Origin: a virus
Length of the DNA stretch: 64,000 nucleotides
Strand: one strand, 5' to 3'
IMG/VR virus record: IMGVR_UViG_3300046534_001193
Span: 17,992 to 81,991 of that record
The notes under the pieces are model-generated. The model saw only the letters and a list, made by a program, of their open reading frames with translations. It did no database searches and was not told the origin of the DNA. The position numbers and the translations under genes were made by a program. Shown here piece after piece: positions 39,894-48,548 of the stretch (positions within the stretch are counted from its first letter, which is position 1; every line of letters starts with the position of its first letter).

Positions 39894-42800
39894 TTAAGCC
39901 GCTTTCTTAGCTTCCCATTTAGCTAAGGCATCCACAATTGCCTGATCGATGTCTTCGCGACTCGGTTCCACGCCTATCTCGATTTGATCGTTCCAGTTCT
40001 TACCTAGCGATACATCGGCTGTCATCGGTGCCACATGGTTAGGCGGCGTCAAGGTCATAATCGCTACCAGCCTATCGATGTACTCAGGTATCTTAGAGAT
40101 TGGCACCGAAGCAGTTATCTCGTCGTAGACTGGGCCTAGCAACGTTGCACCGGTATCTGCCCAAAGATGTTTCTTCCAGCATTGCGTCAAAACTACCTTT
40201 AGGATATCTGCTGCAGTACCTTGAATTATCGAGTTGACGCCTTGACGCTCCATTCTTCTGCGCTCGGAATTCTTGTCAGAAAATATGGTTGGACCAATAT
40301 GTCTGCGATTACCGTAAGCTGTTTGGGTGTAGCCATTAGCTTTAGCAAAGGCAATGACTTCTTGCTGCCAAGGCTGTATTCGAGGGTAGGTGCTGTAGGC
40401 TGCGTTCATCATAGCCTCAGCCTCAGTCAAAGGTATTATCAACTGTCGGCTCAAGGTTGGAGCTTCCCCTAAGTAGGTCATTAGAAAGTTGGTACGCTTA
40501 GCTGGGCGTTTTCTAACTTTCAAAAACTTGTCATGGTCAGCATGTTCTTTATCTTTGTAGGCTTCCATGTAGTCTACGTAAGAGACACCTGCTATTCCTG
40601 AGGCTGTCATTGAGTGGACGTCGCGTCGATTGTCGCCTACGTAGCACGATATCAGGTTAGCATCTCCACTTTCAGACGCGGTTATTACCAATTCTTGCTG
40701 AGAGAAATCGATCGATACAATCATCTCGTCATCGGCGTAAGCCTTGTAAACTGATCGCATTATGCCTTCTTCTTGGTGCTTGCTCACGGCCAATATGTTC
40801 GGCGCAGTAGCCGATGGCCTGCGAGTAACCGTACCGCAGTTCTTTATCTGAGGATGAATCCTGCCGTCTGTCGGGTGGGCCCACGCAGGGTAAGGCGTGT
40901 GGTAAAAGCTAATCCTAGTGGTAGCCTCCTTCACCAGCAGCACAGTTTCTAATATCTGCTTGCGCCAAAAGTCCGATGGGTCATCCAACATGTCTTCAGC
41001 CAAAGCTGTTTGTATTGCTAAAGCGTCGGTAGATGGATTTCCGCTCAGCTTATTTATGTCTCTAAACCCACCTTTTTCAGGGAAAGTTTGCAGTCGAACC
41101 GGTAGGCCTAACTTGCAATACATCAATTGCTGCATCTGTTTGTACGATCCAACACTGAGTTCGTCGCCGATGTGGACTACCTTGCCCTCGCTCACCAGCT
41201 GGCCAGAACAAAACTTAGCCAAAGCATCATACTCGACACCTTCTCTGCTCTTCAATTGCTCTACAGCCTCAGCTAGCAAAGTCGTAAATTTGTCTTGGTC
41301 TTTGGTCAGCGCAGGCCTAGCGTCGTGCTCGTCTTCAGCACTAAACTGGCAAACCTCAGTCAACCATTGTGTTATGGCCTTCCTGGCTACACTGGTAAAC
41401 GGCGTACTGAAGCCTAAGTTTTTGACGACTGACTCAAACTTTTTCAAGGTCGGTACGAATTCCACAGGCTCACAAACTTCTTCGTAGGGCACGTACTGGG
41501 ATGCGTCTAAACATTGCTTAGCAAAATTGGCAGCAGCAGAACCCATTGCCTCGGTAACTGCTTTTGAGGCTGCTTCTGAATCTAAGGCAACACCTTCTTT
41601 GTCTAATTTCTTTCGGGCAGCAGCTTTAGCTTTTGCTTTTACAACGTCCAGCTCAGCAGCCAACAAAGGTTTGGCTCTTTCTTTATCGACTTTACTGCAG
41701 TGCACCTCTAAGATCGTTCTTAGCCGCGCCATGCCGTCTGATATTGTAGCAACGTCTTTCTGTCGCAAAGTTTCTAAGACGTCCCAGTCCATCTCACATC
41801 CCACTAGATAAGCGTCTACCAGCGCATGCTGAGTGTAGACTTCGTTCTCCATGAAGAAAGCATGGCTACCTTCAATCTGCATAATGATATTGCGCAGTAC
41901 CCAAATGTGAGCCGTGCAAGTTGCGTCGTCACAGCCATACTTGAATACTTCGTCCAGGCTCAGCTGATCCATTGTTCGCATTTCACCAGTCACAGGGTCG
42001 GTCACAGTATCTTTGTAGCTGGCTTGGTCGTGGCCTAGCAGTCGTTTTGACGAGCTTTTAAGGCCTGCCAGTTCTTCTTCTTCAACGTAAGACGACATTA
42101 TTGCAGTATCGATCACAGGGCCTAGCCAAAAACCTAAATTCTGCTTGGTGACTGCGATCTCAAAGAAAGCATTTTGTACCGACAAGGTTGAGACTTCTTC
42201 TGCTATCCGAAGTAACTTTCCAATGACTTCTTTATCTACGTTGCCTTCCGAGTTGTGTTGCACAGGAAGGTACATAGTCTGCTGCAAGTTCTCTCCGAAA
42301 GTGAATGAAGCACCGGCTATCAATGCTTCTTTGACGTCCACATAGTCTTCGCCCTTAGGGCCATGCAACATTGCGTCTTCTGACGGATAAGTCTCGTAGT
42401 CAAAAGAGACTATCGGGCTTTTAGCACACTCCGATCGGAACTCAGTGTACAAGTCTTCGTCGACATCTTCGGCTGTTATTGCGTATGAAACAGGTAAGTG
42501 TCGCTCGACATCTTCGTGATCAATTAAATCTGAGCAGCCCATTGCGTCAAAAATTCTTTGCACAGTAGCAACGTCAGGCAGGCGCTTGAACCAATGGATA
42601 TTGGTTAGCTTCTTACCTTTAGGCTTCCAACAAAGCTCAGGGTGAAGGATTGCCAGCAAGTAGGACTTTCTCCAATCATGCCTATGATCCGACAGCATTT
42701 GCAATACTTTGTTGGGCTCGTCGGCCAACACTTCTTCGATGACAGAGTAGTCGCTATTCTTGACGCACTCTTCAAGTTCCAGCAATCCGTCGTAGCCGTA

Positions 42801-43412
42801 GGATTCTACTAAGGCTGTCCACTTGGCAGGTCCGAAACCTTTGACGCCGGCATACTTGTCGGATGTATCTCCAACCATCGATTTGCTAAGGCTGGTAAAA
42901 GCGTAAGGTACATCGTGCCAAGTGCCTTCGGTTTGCAGTTCCATTTTCAAGTAAACTTGCACGTCTTCATTAGCTAGTTGCAACAAGTCAGCGTCAACAG
43001 TGTAAATCATGTGCTTACCTGGCATTGTCTGACAAAAATAAGCCAGCAGGTCGTCAGCCTCCACGCCGTCAACTTTCGCTTGGGTACATCCGATCGCGCC
43101 CCAGAAGCGCTTCATCATGTCCATCATAAGAACATTTTGCTCACGTTCTTCAGGGTCTCGGTCTAGGCGGGCTTTTGTTTGCTTGTAATCAGGTAGCAAG
43201 GCGGTACGGTAGTCAGTGCCGCCGTCATGCGCTATCAAGATATCGATAGGCGCGTGGTATTCTAAAATTGGCAGCATGTATCGAGTCATAAACTGATTGA
43301 AGCCGTAGGCCGCCGTGTTTATGTCGTTATCCAGTGCTGTGTTAATAGCTTCTGGGTCGGTGCCGATGTGGTAGCAGTGGTACATTACAGCTTTTGCGTC
43401 GAGTAATATCAT
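39894..43412 (-). CDS. polA: family A DNA polymerase with fused 5'-3' and 3'-5' exonuclease domains
   Basis: EADD, GDTSD..GVKGFG (5'-3' exo); FDYET, YGCDD (3'-5' exo); DFSQQEL, AKRTNF..TY, IQGTAADILK, VYDEI. Confidence 0.93.
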   Translation of the reverse strand: MILLDAKAVMYHCYHIGTDPEAINTALDNDINTAAYGFNQFMTRYMLPILEYHAPIDILIAHDGGTDYRTALLPDYKQTKARLDRDPEEREQNVLMMDMMKRFWGAIGCTQAKVDGVEADDLLAYFCQTMPGKHMIYTVDADLLQLANEDVQVYLKMELQTEGTWHDVPYAFTSLSKSMVGDTSDKYAGVKGFGPAKWTALVESYGYDGLLELEECVKNSDYSVIEEVLADEPNKVLQMLSDHRHDWRKSYLLAILHPELCWKPKGKKLTNIHWFKRLPDVATVQRIFDAMGCSDLIDHEDVERHLPVSYAITAEDVDEDLYTEFRSECAKSPIVSFDYETYPSEDAMLHGPKGEDYVDVKEALIAGASFTFGENLQQTMYLPVQHNSEGNVDKEVIGKLLRIAEEVSTLSVQNAFFEIAVTKQNLGFWLGPVIDTAIMSSYVEEEELAGLKSSSKRLLGHDQASYKDTVTDPVTGEMRTMDQLSLDEVFKYGCDDATCTAHIWVLRNIIMQIEGSHAFFMENEVYTQHALVDAYLVGCEMDWDVLETLRQKDVATISDGMARLRTILEVHCSKVDKERAKPLLAAELDVVKAKAKAAARKKLDKEGVALDSEAASKAVTEAMGSAAANFAKQCLDASQYVPYEEVCEPVEFVPTLKKFESVVKNLGFSTPFTSVARKAITQWLTEVCQFSAEDEHDARPALTKDQDKFTTLLAEAVEQLKSREGVEYDALAKFCSGQLVSEGKVVHIGDELSVGSYKQMQQLMYCKLGLPVRLQTFPEKGGFRDINKLSGNPSTDALAIQTALAEDMLDDPSDFWRKQILETVLLVKEATTRISFYHTPYPAWAHPTDGRIHPQIKNCGTVTRRPSATAPNILAVSKHQEEGIMRSVYKAYADDEMIVSIDFSQQELVITASESGDANLISCYVGDNRRDVHSMTASGIAGVSYVDYMEAYKDKEHADHDKFLKVRKRPAKRTNFLMTYLGEAPTLSRQLIIPLTEAEAMMNAAYSTYPRIQPWQQEVIAFAKANGYTQTAYGNRRHIGPTIFSDKNSERRRMERQGVNSIIQGTAADILKVVLTQCWKKHLWADTGATLLGPVYDEITASVPISKIPEYIDRLVAIMTLTPPNHVAPMTADVSLGKNWNDQIEIGVEPSREDIDQAIVDALAKWEAKKAA

Positions 43413-43446
43413 AATAGTTGTGCCTCGTGTGTTTGTTTGGTGAATC

Positions 43447-44766
43447 TTATCTTCTTAGGAGTAATGCACTCTCTCGTGCTCTGCTTACGCCTACGTAAAG
43501 CAATTGATTGCGCTCTTTCATTCTCGGGTTTTTGAATACGTCATCCACGTCTAAGAATACGTTGCCGTAACTAGAGCCTTGAGAACGGTGGATAGTCATT
43601 GCGTGTGGTGACTGCAGGTTTGCGAAGCTATCTTTAAAATTCCAAAAATCTGACCACTTGCGACCTTCTACCTTGGCTGCAGCTCCAAGCTTTTCGAGCA
43701 TAGCTTTGTAATCCCGCGCACTGTCTTCGTGTAAGATGTAGGCACAAGTTGACACGCCCCGTTCGGAAAGCAGGAGAACTTCCCAGACTGTAAACTGAAT
43801 AGTCATACCAGAGTACAAGGGGTGAAGCGCTTTGGTTATTGATAAGACTTTCAGCTCTTCGTCAGTGTGGGCTACAATCTCGGGCTTAGGGTCGGTTATG
43901 TCGCCCACTAAAGCAGATCGGGTTAGAACCCTCTCACCTTGGATAAAAGGAGTCTTAGTCTCCCCGACTAGCAGGCGCCTAAGACTTTTATTCAGAGAGT
44001 CGACTCTCTTGTTAGTCCATGCCAAGCATCTAAATGAGTCAGGGTCATCGCGGTATTCATCTGATAAGAAGTTCTCTTTAACACAGTTGTACCAATCGAC
44101 TGCGCCTAAGACGTAGATACCTTGATCTAATTTGGAGTTTATTTTGTTTACAAACTTGGTCGTAGATTTTCCTTCAATTATGTCATTGCGCAACGACTCG
44201 GTTAATTCTAGAATAGGGTTTCCAGTAACCTGCCTGCGGTTCTCAGTCAGGTGAAACATCTGGTCAGCCTGCTCAAAAGCCTGCGACTTTACCTCTTTTA
44301 CCGGAGGTATCTGATATTTGTCACCCATTACGATAACTTTAACCCTGTCCAATATGGCAGCCTCTCGAAGGTGTGTAACGACATTCTTATTTAGCATAGA
44401 GCCCTCGTCGACTACAACTAAATCCATGTCACCAAAACCTCCTTGCGACATCTTCTTGGCCATTTTAATTTCGCCGTTGCTATCCAATACCATACCCAAC
44501 AGAGAATAGATTGTTCGGCACTCAACATTGATGCCGTAGTCCTCAGCCATAGTGTTTAAGACTTTTACAGCTTTGTGAGTAGGCGCGGTTAAACAGACCT
44601 TAATGTTCGGGTGAGATTTTTGCAGATTTTTTATGACTCGCTGAATTGTGTAAGTCTTGCCTACACCAGCCCAGCCAGTCAGAACGAAGAAAAGCTCACC
44701 AACAGCCTTGTAGAATTTTATCATAGCGTCAGCAACTTCTTGCTGATCGGGTTTTAAGTCTGACAT
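43447..44766 (-). CDS. Dda/RecD-like SF1B helicase
   Basis: GWAGVGKT, APTHKA, VVDEGSM, GDKYQIPPV, TIHRSQGSSY, YVGVSRA. Confidence 0.92.
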   Translation of the reverse strand: MSDLKPDQQEVADAMIKFYKAVGELFFVLTGWAGVGKTYTIQRVIKNLQKSHPNIKVCLTAPTHKAVKVLNTMAEDYGINVECRTIYSLLGMVLDSNGEIKMAKKMSQGGFGDMDLVVVDEGSMLNKNVVTHLREAAILDRVKVIVMGDKYQIPPVKEVKSQAFEQADQMFHLTENRRQVTGNPILELTESLRNDIIEGKSTTKFVNKINSKLDQGIYVLGAVDWYNCVKENFLSDEYRDDPDSFRCLAWTNKRVDSLNKSLRRLLVGETKTPFIQGERVLTRSALVGDITDPKPEIVAHTDEELKVLSITKALHPLYSGMTIQFTVWEVLLLSERGVSTCAYILHEDSARDYKAMLEKLGAAAKVEGRKWSDFWNFKDSFANLQSPHAMTIHRSQGSSYGNVFLDVDDVFKNPRMKERNQLLYVGVSRARESALLLRR

Positions 44767-44791
44767 CTTAGTTACTCTTAGGGTTTTAATT

Positions 44792-44820
44792 GAACTGGGC
44801 GAATCATGTTCGCCCAGTTC
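44792..44820. other. 12-bp perfect hairpin between SSB-like and helicase genes
   Basis: gaactgggcgaa-tcatg-ttcgcccagttc; no U-tract on the minus strand. Confidence 0.75.
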
Positions 44821-44846
44821 CCTACTTATTGTGCTGTGTCTTTATC

Positions 44847-45653
44847 TTAGTCTTTAACTAGTTTAAAGTCCCAAGGATAGAAAGTGTCACCACTGCCTTT
44901 TATGGTTACTTTCTTGCCGACACAAACTTCGGTTGTGACTTCGCGAGGGTTAATACCTGCGTAAGCCAGCCGACCCATGTAGCCAGTTAGACGAGCAATA
45001 GATGAAGGTGATATAGACATAATGACAATGTGCCCTTCTAGCTCGCCAGAAACAACTTCCGCCGTCAGATCTAGATACTTCTTCTCGATCACAAGTTTGT
45101 CCTCAGCTTTCCACTCAGCAAGGATGTCAGCCAGCGGAGTTCCATCTGTAGTCGTCTCTTTATCTAAGCTAAAGACGCAGGTAGCATCGCGCTCTTTGCT
45201 GTCAAGGTATGCCCAGCGTGGCTTGCTTTCCATCAGGTTAGCTTGGAAAGACTTGCCTTCGAGTTCTACGCCTTCCGAAGTTTCAAACACGCCTTTGTCT
45301 AACTTAATGTTAGTAAAGCTGTGGTAGCCGACTTCCAAACCGCCGAAGCCTTCGGATGCCATTTTATCTACAAAACCACCTGAGACACCGGTTGATTTGG
45401 CTACGCCTTTACTGGCTGTCGAAGTGTTAGCTAAGGCAGTTTTAGGGGCATCAACTTCTTTAGCCTCCGGCTCAACCTTCTCAGCTGCCACCTCTTTAAC
45501 TTCAGGTGCAACAGTTTTTTCCGCAACGGTTTCCGCAACAGCAGTTTCTTCAACCACTTTTTCTTCGTGCACAACAGCTTCTTGCTCGACTTCTTGATCG
45601 GCACCTTGCCGAATTTTTGAAGCCGCCGAATTTTTAGGTGTTTTAAGTCCCAT
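44847..45653 (-). CDS. putative single-stranded DNA-binding / annealing protein
   Basis: AGGAG RBS at MGLKTPKN; acidic low-complexity N-terminus, OB-like beta core ending FYPWDF; replication cluster. Confidence 0.55.
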   Translation of the reverse strand: MGLKTPKNSAASKIRQGADQEVEQEAVVHEEKVVEETAVAETVAEKTVAPEVKEVAAEKVEPEAKEVDAPKTALANTSTASKGVAKSTGVSGGFVDKMASEGFGGLEVGYHSFTNIKLDKGVFETSEGVELEGKSFQANLMESKPRWAYLDSKERDATCVFSLDKETTTDGTPLADILAEWKAEDKLVIEKKYLDLTAEVVSGELEGHIVIMSISPSSIARLTGYMGRLAYAGINPREVTTEVCVGKKVTIKGSGDTFYPWDFKLVKD

Positions 45654-45724
45654 GGTATTTCTCCTAGTAGTAATTGTAAAAGTAAGTTTTAACAGTAATT
45701 GCCCCTTAATCAAGGGGTGACGCA

Positions 45725-45763
45725 AGTGTAAACAAGTTAAATATGTAATGCAACTTGTTTACA
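45725..45763 (-). promoter_or_regulatory. sigma70 promoter TTGCAT-17-TACACT inside a 12-bp inverted repeat
   Basis: tgtaaacaagtt (45727-38) / aacttgtttaca (45752-63). Confidence 0.7.
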
Positions 45764-45771
45764 AATTCTTT

Positions 45772-46668
45772 TTAATCTGCTGGGTACAATTCGTTCAAGT
45801 TGTCAATGACAGCTCCAAGCATGTAGTTTGTTTTCATATCAATGTAGTCCTGATCTAACCCGATATCCTGCAAAGCCCTGCCAAAATACATTATCCCAGT
45901 CAAGACTGTCGAGTAGCAAATTTGCTGTCGACGCTGAATATCTTTAGGTATAAAGTCGTTGAAAAAAGCCATAGTTTCTTTGACCCACTGAGAACCGGTA
46001 TCGAGGCTGCAAAGGAGTAGGGAGCTGGACAAATGCGTTAGTAAATAGCCCTTGTTGATAACGTCGCTGTAATTTTCAGTTGCGTCTAAGCGCTGTCTCC
46101 CAGACTTAGTAATTTCAAGTGTGACCATACGCTGCCGCAATGCAGGTCGATCTGGTATCTGCTCAGACATTACGCATACAGGCGACGATATCTTAATCTT
46201 CTGAATTGGTTCGTTACGAATTGTGCCTGTATATAAGTCTTGCTGATTCCAAGCCGCTTTAAAAAGACCTGCGAACTCATCAAATATATCATCTGACATG
46301 TCAGATCTATCAAATTGTTCTAGTAATCTAGCTGTAGAGGTCGAAGTGGATAAATATTGAGCTGCCGCCCAAGGCGTAGCCCCCTGCAATGACATGGCTG
46401 GTTGTTCCACCATGGAAAAAATTCCGTGCTTTAAATAAAACCTTCCGTGTAAGCAGGAAAACAAGTTGCTCATTGAAGACTTGCCGCTCTCACGACCACC
46501 CCAAAGATTTAGCAAAGGAAACGGGTACTCGCAATTAGTCAGATGAACTTTTATCATGCAGGCCGAAAACCAGCCAATCATAGTTGAAGTCACTAAGGGG
46601 TCGTTGCACCCGATTAGGCTGTCTATGAGTCGCATTAATTCTGCTTTATTAGGATTTTTAATTCCCAT
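45772..46668 (-). CDS. stand-alone paralog of the primase-helicase ATPase domain, Walker B EE->EQ
   Basis: Colinear with C-terminal part of 49257-52067 (NDPLVTST, FPLLNLWG, FKAAWN, LRQRM, IGLDQDYID); N-terminus and leader copied from SSB gene. Confidence 0.88.
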   Translation of the reverse strand: MGIKNPNKAELMRLIDSLIGCNDPLVTSTMIGWFSACMIKVHLTNCEYPFPLLNLWGGRESGKSSMSNLFSCLHGRFYLKHGIFSMVEQPAMSLQGATPWAAAQYLSTSTSTARLLEQFDRSDMSDDIFDEFAGLFKAAWNQQDLYTGTIRNEPIQKIKISSPVCVMSEQIPDRPALRQRMVTLEITKSGRQRLDATENYSDVINKGYLLTHLSSSLLLCSLDTGSQWVKETMAFFNDFIPKDIQRRQQICYSTVLTGIMYFGRALQDIGLDQDYIDMKTNYMLGAVIDNLNELYPAD

Positions 46669-46722
46669 GGTATTTCTCCTGGTAGTTTTAAAAGTAATTA
46701 CCTTCTATGAAGGGGTGACACA

Positions 46723-46761
46723 ATTCTAATTTAGCTGGCTTCACAATGCAACTTGTTTACA
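46723..46761 (-). promoter_or_regulatory. sigma70 promoter TTGCAT-17-TAGAAT, copy of SSB promoter
   Basis: aatgcaacttgtttacaaattctttttaat shared with 45747-45776. Confidence 0.7.
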
Positions 46762-46769
46762 AATTCTTT

Positions 46770-46991
46770 TTAATTTGATTTGGCCCAGTTCTTACAAGCT
46801 CCTGCCACCGCAAGGTTTATCAGTGTTCTCCTCGGGAAAAGCGGCCAATAAATATACGGGTAGCCTAGTTCTTCTCCCTCATAAAAATGCCGCAATGGGT
46901 CTGCGCTTCTTAGGTTTAAAAATCCTGAGTGTGAGAAATGCATTAATTCGGTCAACCCTATTGAGTGTGGCTTGTAAATTGTTTTGTTCAC
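46770..46991 (-). CDS. 73-aa hypothetical protein with terminase Walker-A-like N-terminus
   Basis: GGGAG RBS, GTG start; KTIYKPHSIGLTEL vs TerL KAVKKCSQVGLTEL. Confidence 0.5.
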   Translation of the reverse strand: MNKTIYKPHSIGLTELMHFSHSGFLNLRSADPLRHFYEGEELGYPYIYWPLFPRRTLINLAVAGACKNWAKSN

Positions 46992-47006
46992 GCTATCTCT
47001 CCCAAT

Positions 47007-48548
47007 TTAAATAAACAAATCATCCATTAACGCTCTTTGATCTCCCACAACTCTATTAATATCCAGTGCTTTAACTGCCACCTTTTCTATTTTGGTTGCT
47101 GCCCAAGTGCGCTCAGGGCTAAAATAATAAATATTCACTGTAGCGTCGGTTCCGACAATGCGGTGCACGCGCTCACTGGCCTGAGTAATGTCACCAGGGC
47201 TGTCAGGACATTCGTAAAATATAACGTTGCTACAAACCGATTGCAGGTTAAGTCCTGCGCCACCGGATTTCGGATGGGCAATCATTATACGGCAGTCAGG
47301 GTTATGCAGGAAGGCTTCCCTCGAGTGTTCTTTGTTGGCTGTCTGACTGTTCATAGATACCGGATTGTAAACAGCTAAGAATTCCATCAACCTCGCGATC
47401 GTTGTATTGTAATGCGCGAGTATGAATACCTTAGTCAGCTTTAAATCGATCGAGTCTAGCTGCAGGGAAAGCATCTCTTCCATGTTGTTCTTAATCTTAA
47501 CGTCTGAGTAGTTATTTGGGTTGCTTACTAGCTGTAAAGCTATCTGCCGTAACGCATTCTTTTGCAGAGCGTTAATCAATCCACCCTCAAGCTCCAGCAT
47601 TTTCTCGTTCAATAACTTTCGGTAGAGCTTGAAGTGTGCCGGATCTAAAACAACGTTAACGAAGGTGTTGATTTTATCTGGCATGTCCGGCGCCACATCT
47701 TTCTTTTCCACTCTTCTGGCTTGAGAGTACAAATTCATTATTAGCACGTCGAGATTCGAATAGCCTATTACTTCTCGGTACGGGGAGTTCGGATTAAAGT
47801 TAACATGCAACCTCTCGAACTCTGCCTTGGTTCCGTAAGCCTTAGGGCTCTTCAACCGGATTAAACCATAGCATTGCTCAAGCCTGCTGTGACACGAGGT
47901 TGCTGTCGACAGTACCAGAGCGGCCTCAGAATCCGCAGTGTTCTTACCGCCGACAAAGCTGTAAACCTTCTTGTGCACTCGAGATGACGGATTGTTCAGT
48001 GCTTGCGCTTCGTCAGCTATGATCACTGCGTAGCCTTCTTTTTTGAGCCTAGCGTGATAACCGTCTCTACTAACGAGGGTTACCTTGCCATCGACTGTCA
48101 CCTTGCTAGGCTTGGACCCACGAAACAAGTCATAAGTCATTATCAAAAGATCTGGCCACTTCGTTTTTTCATAGCGATCTACCATCTTCTGTCGCTGAGG
48201 TTTAGTGCCTTGAAATACCTCAGCAGATATAAATTTTTCGACACCTACGAACTTGTTATGCAACTCTTCGTAGAATTGCCTGAGCAAAGCAGGAGGCATT
48301 AGTGCAATGACTTTGTTGCCACAACCTATCCGGTACAAGGCGTTCATGTGCAATGACATAGTTTTACCTGTGCCGGCCTCGTCGAACAATCCTGTCCGAT
48401 CAAATTCACATAGCAGGTTAGTCCCATTGTACTGATGCTCGAAGGGTAGGTACTTACCATCCAAAGTTATTATTACTTTGTCAGCCCATTTTATTTGGTG
48501 ATAGACGCCGGACTTAACGAAGGCGTCGGCTAAGGATATTTTGGCCAT
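47007..48548 (-). CDS. SNF2-like SF2 helicase
   Basis: DEAGTGKT, IIADEAQ, STAT, SGGAGLNLQ, QASERVHR. Confidence 0.9.
   Translation of the reverse strand: MAKISLADAFVKSGVYHQIKWADKVIITLDGKYLPFEHQYNGTNLLCEFDRTGLFDEAGTGKTMSLHMNALYRIGCGNKVIALMPPALLRQFYEELHNKFVGVEKFISAEVFQGTKPQRQKMVDRYEKTKWPDLLIMTYDLFRGSKPSKVTVDGKVTLVSRDGYHARLKKEGYAVIIADEAQALNNPSSRVHKKVYSFVGGKNTADSEAALVLSTATSCHSRLEQCYGLIRLKSPKAYGTKAEFERLHVNFNPNSPYREVIGYSNLDVLIMNLYSQARRVEKKDVAPDMPDKINTFVNVVLDPAHFKLYRKLLNEKMLELEGGLINALQKNALRQIALQLVSNPNNYSDVKIKNNMEEMLSLQLDSIDLKLTKVFILAHYNTTIARLMEFLAVYNPVSMNSQTANKEHSREAFLHNPDCRIMIAHPKSGGAGLNLQSVCSNVIFYECPDSPGDITQASERVHRIVGTDATVNIYYFSPERTWAATKIEKVAVKALDINRVVGDQRALMDDLFI

Noticed and set aside
39894-43412. 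DpoZ / 2-aminoadenine or deazaguanine genome
   Set aside because: No purZ, datZ, queCDE/folE or dpdA homologue recognisable in the window.
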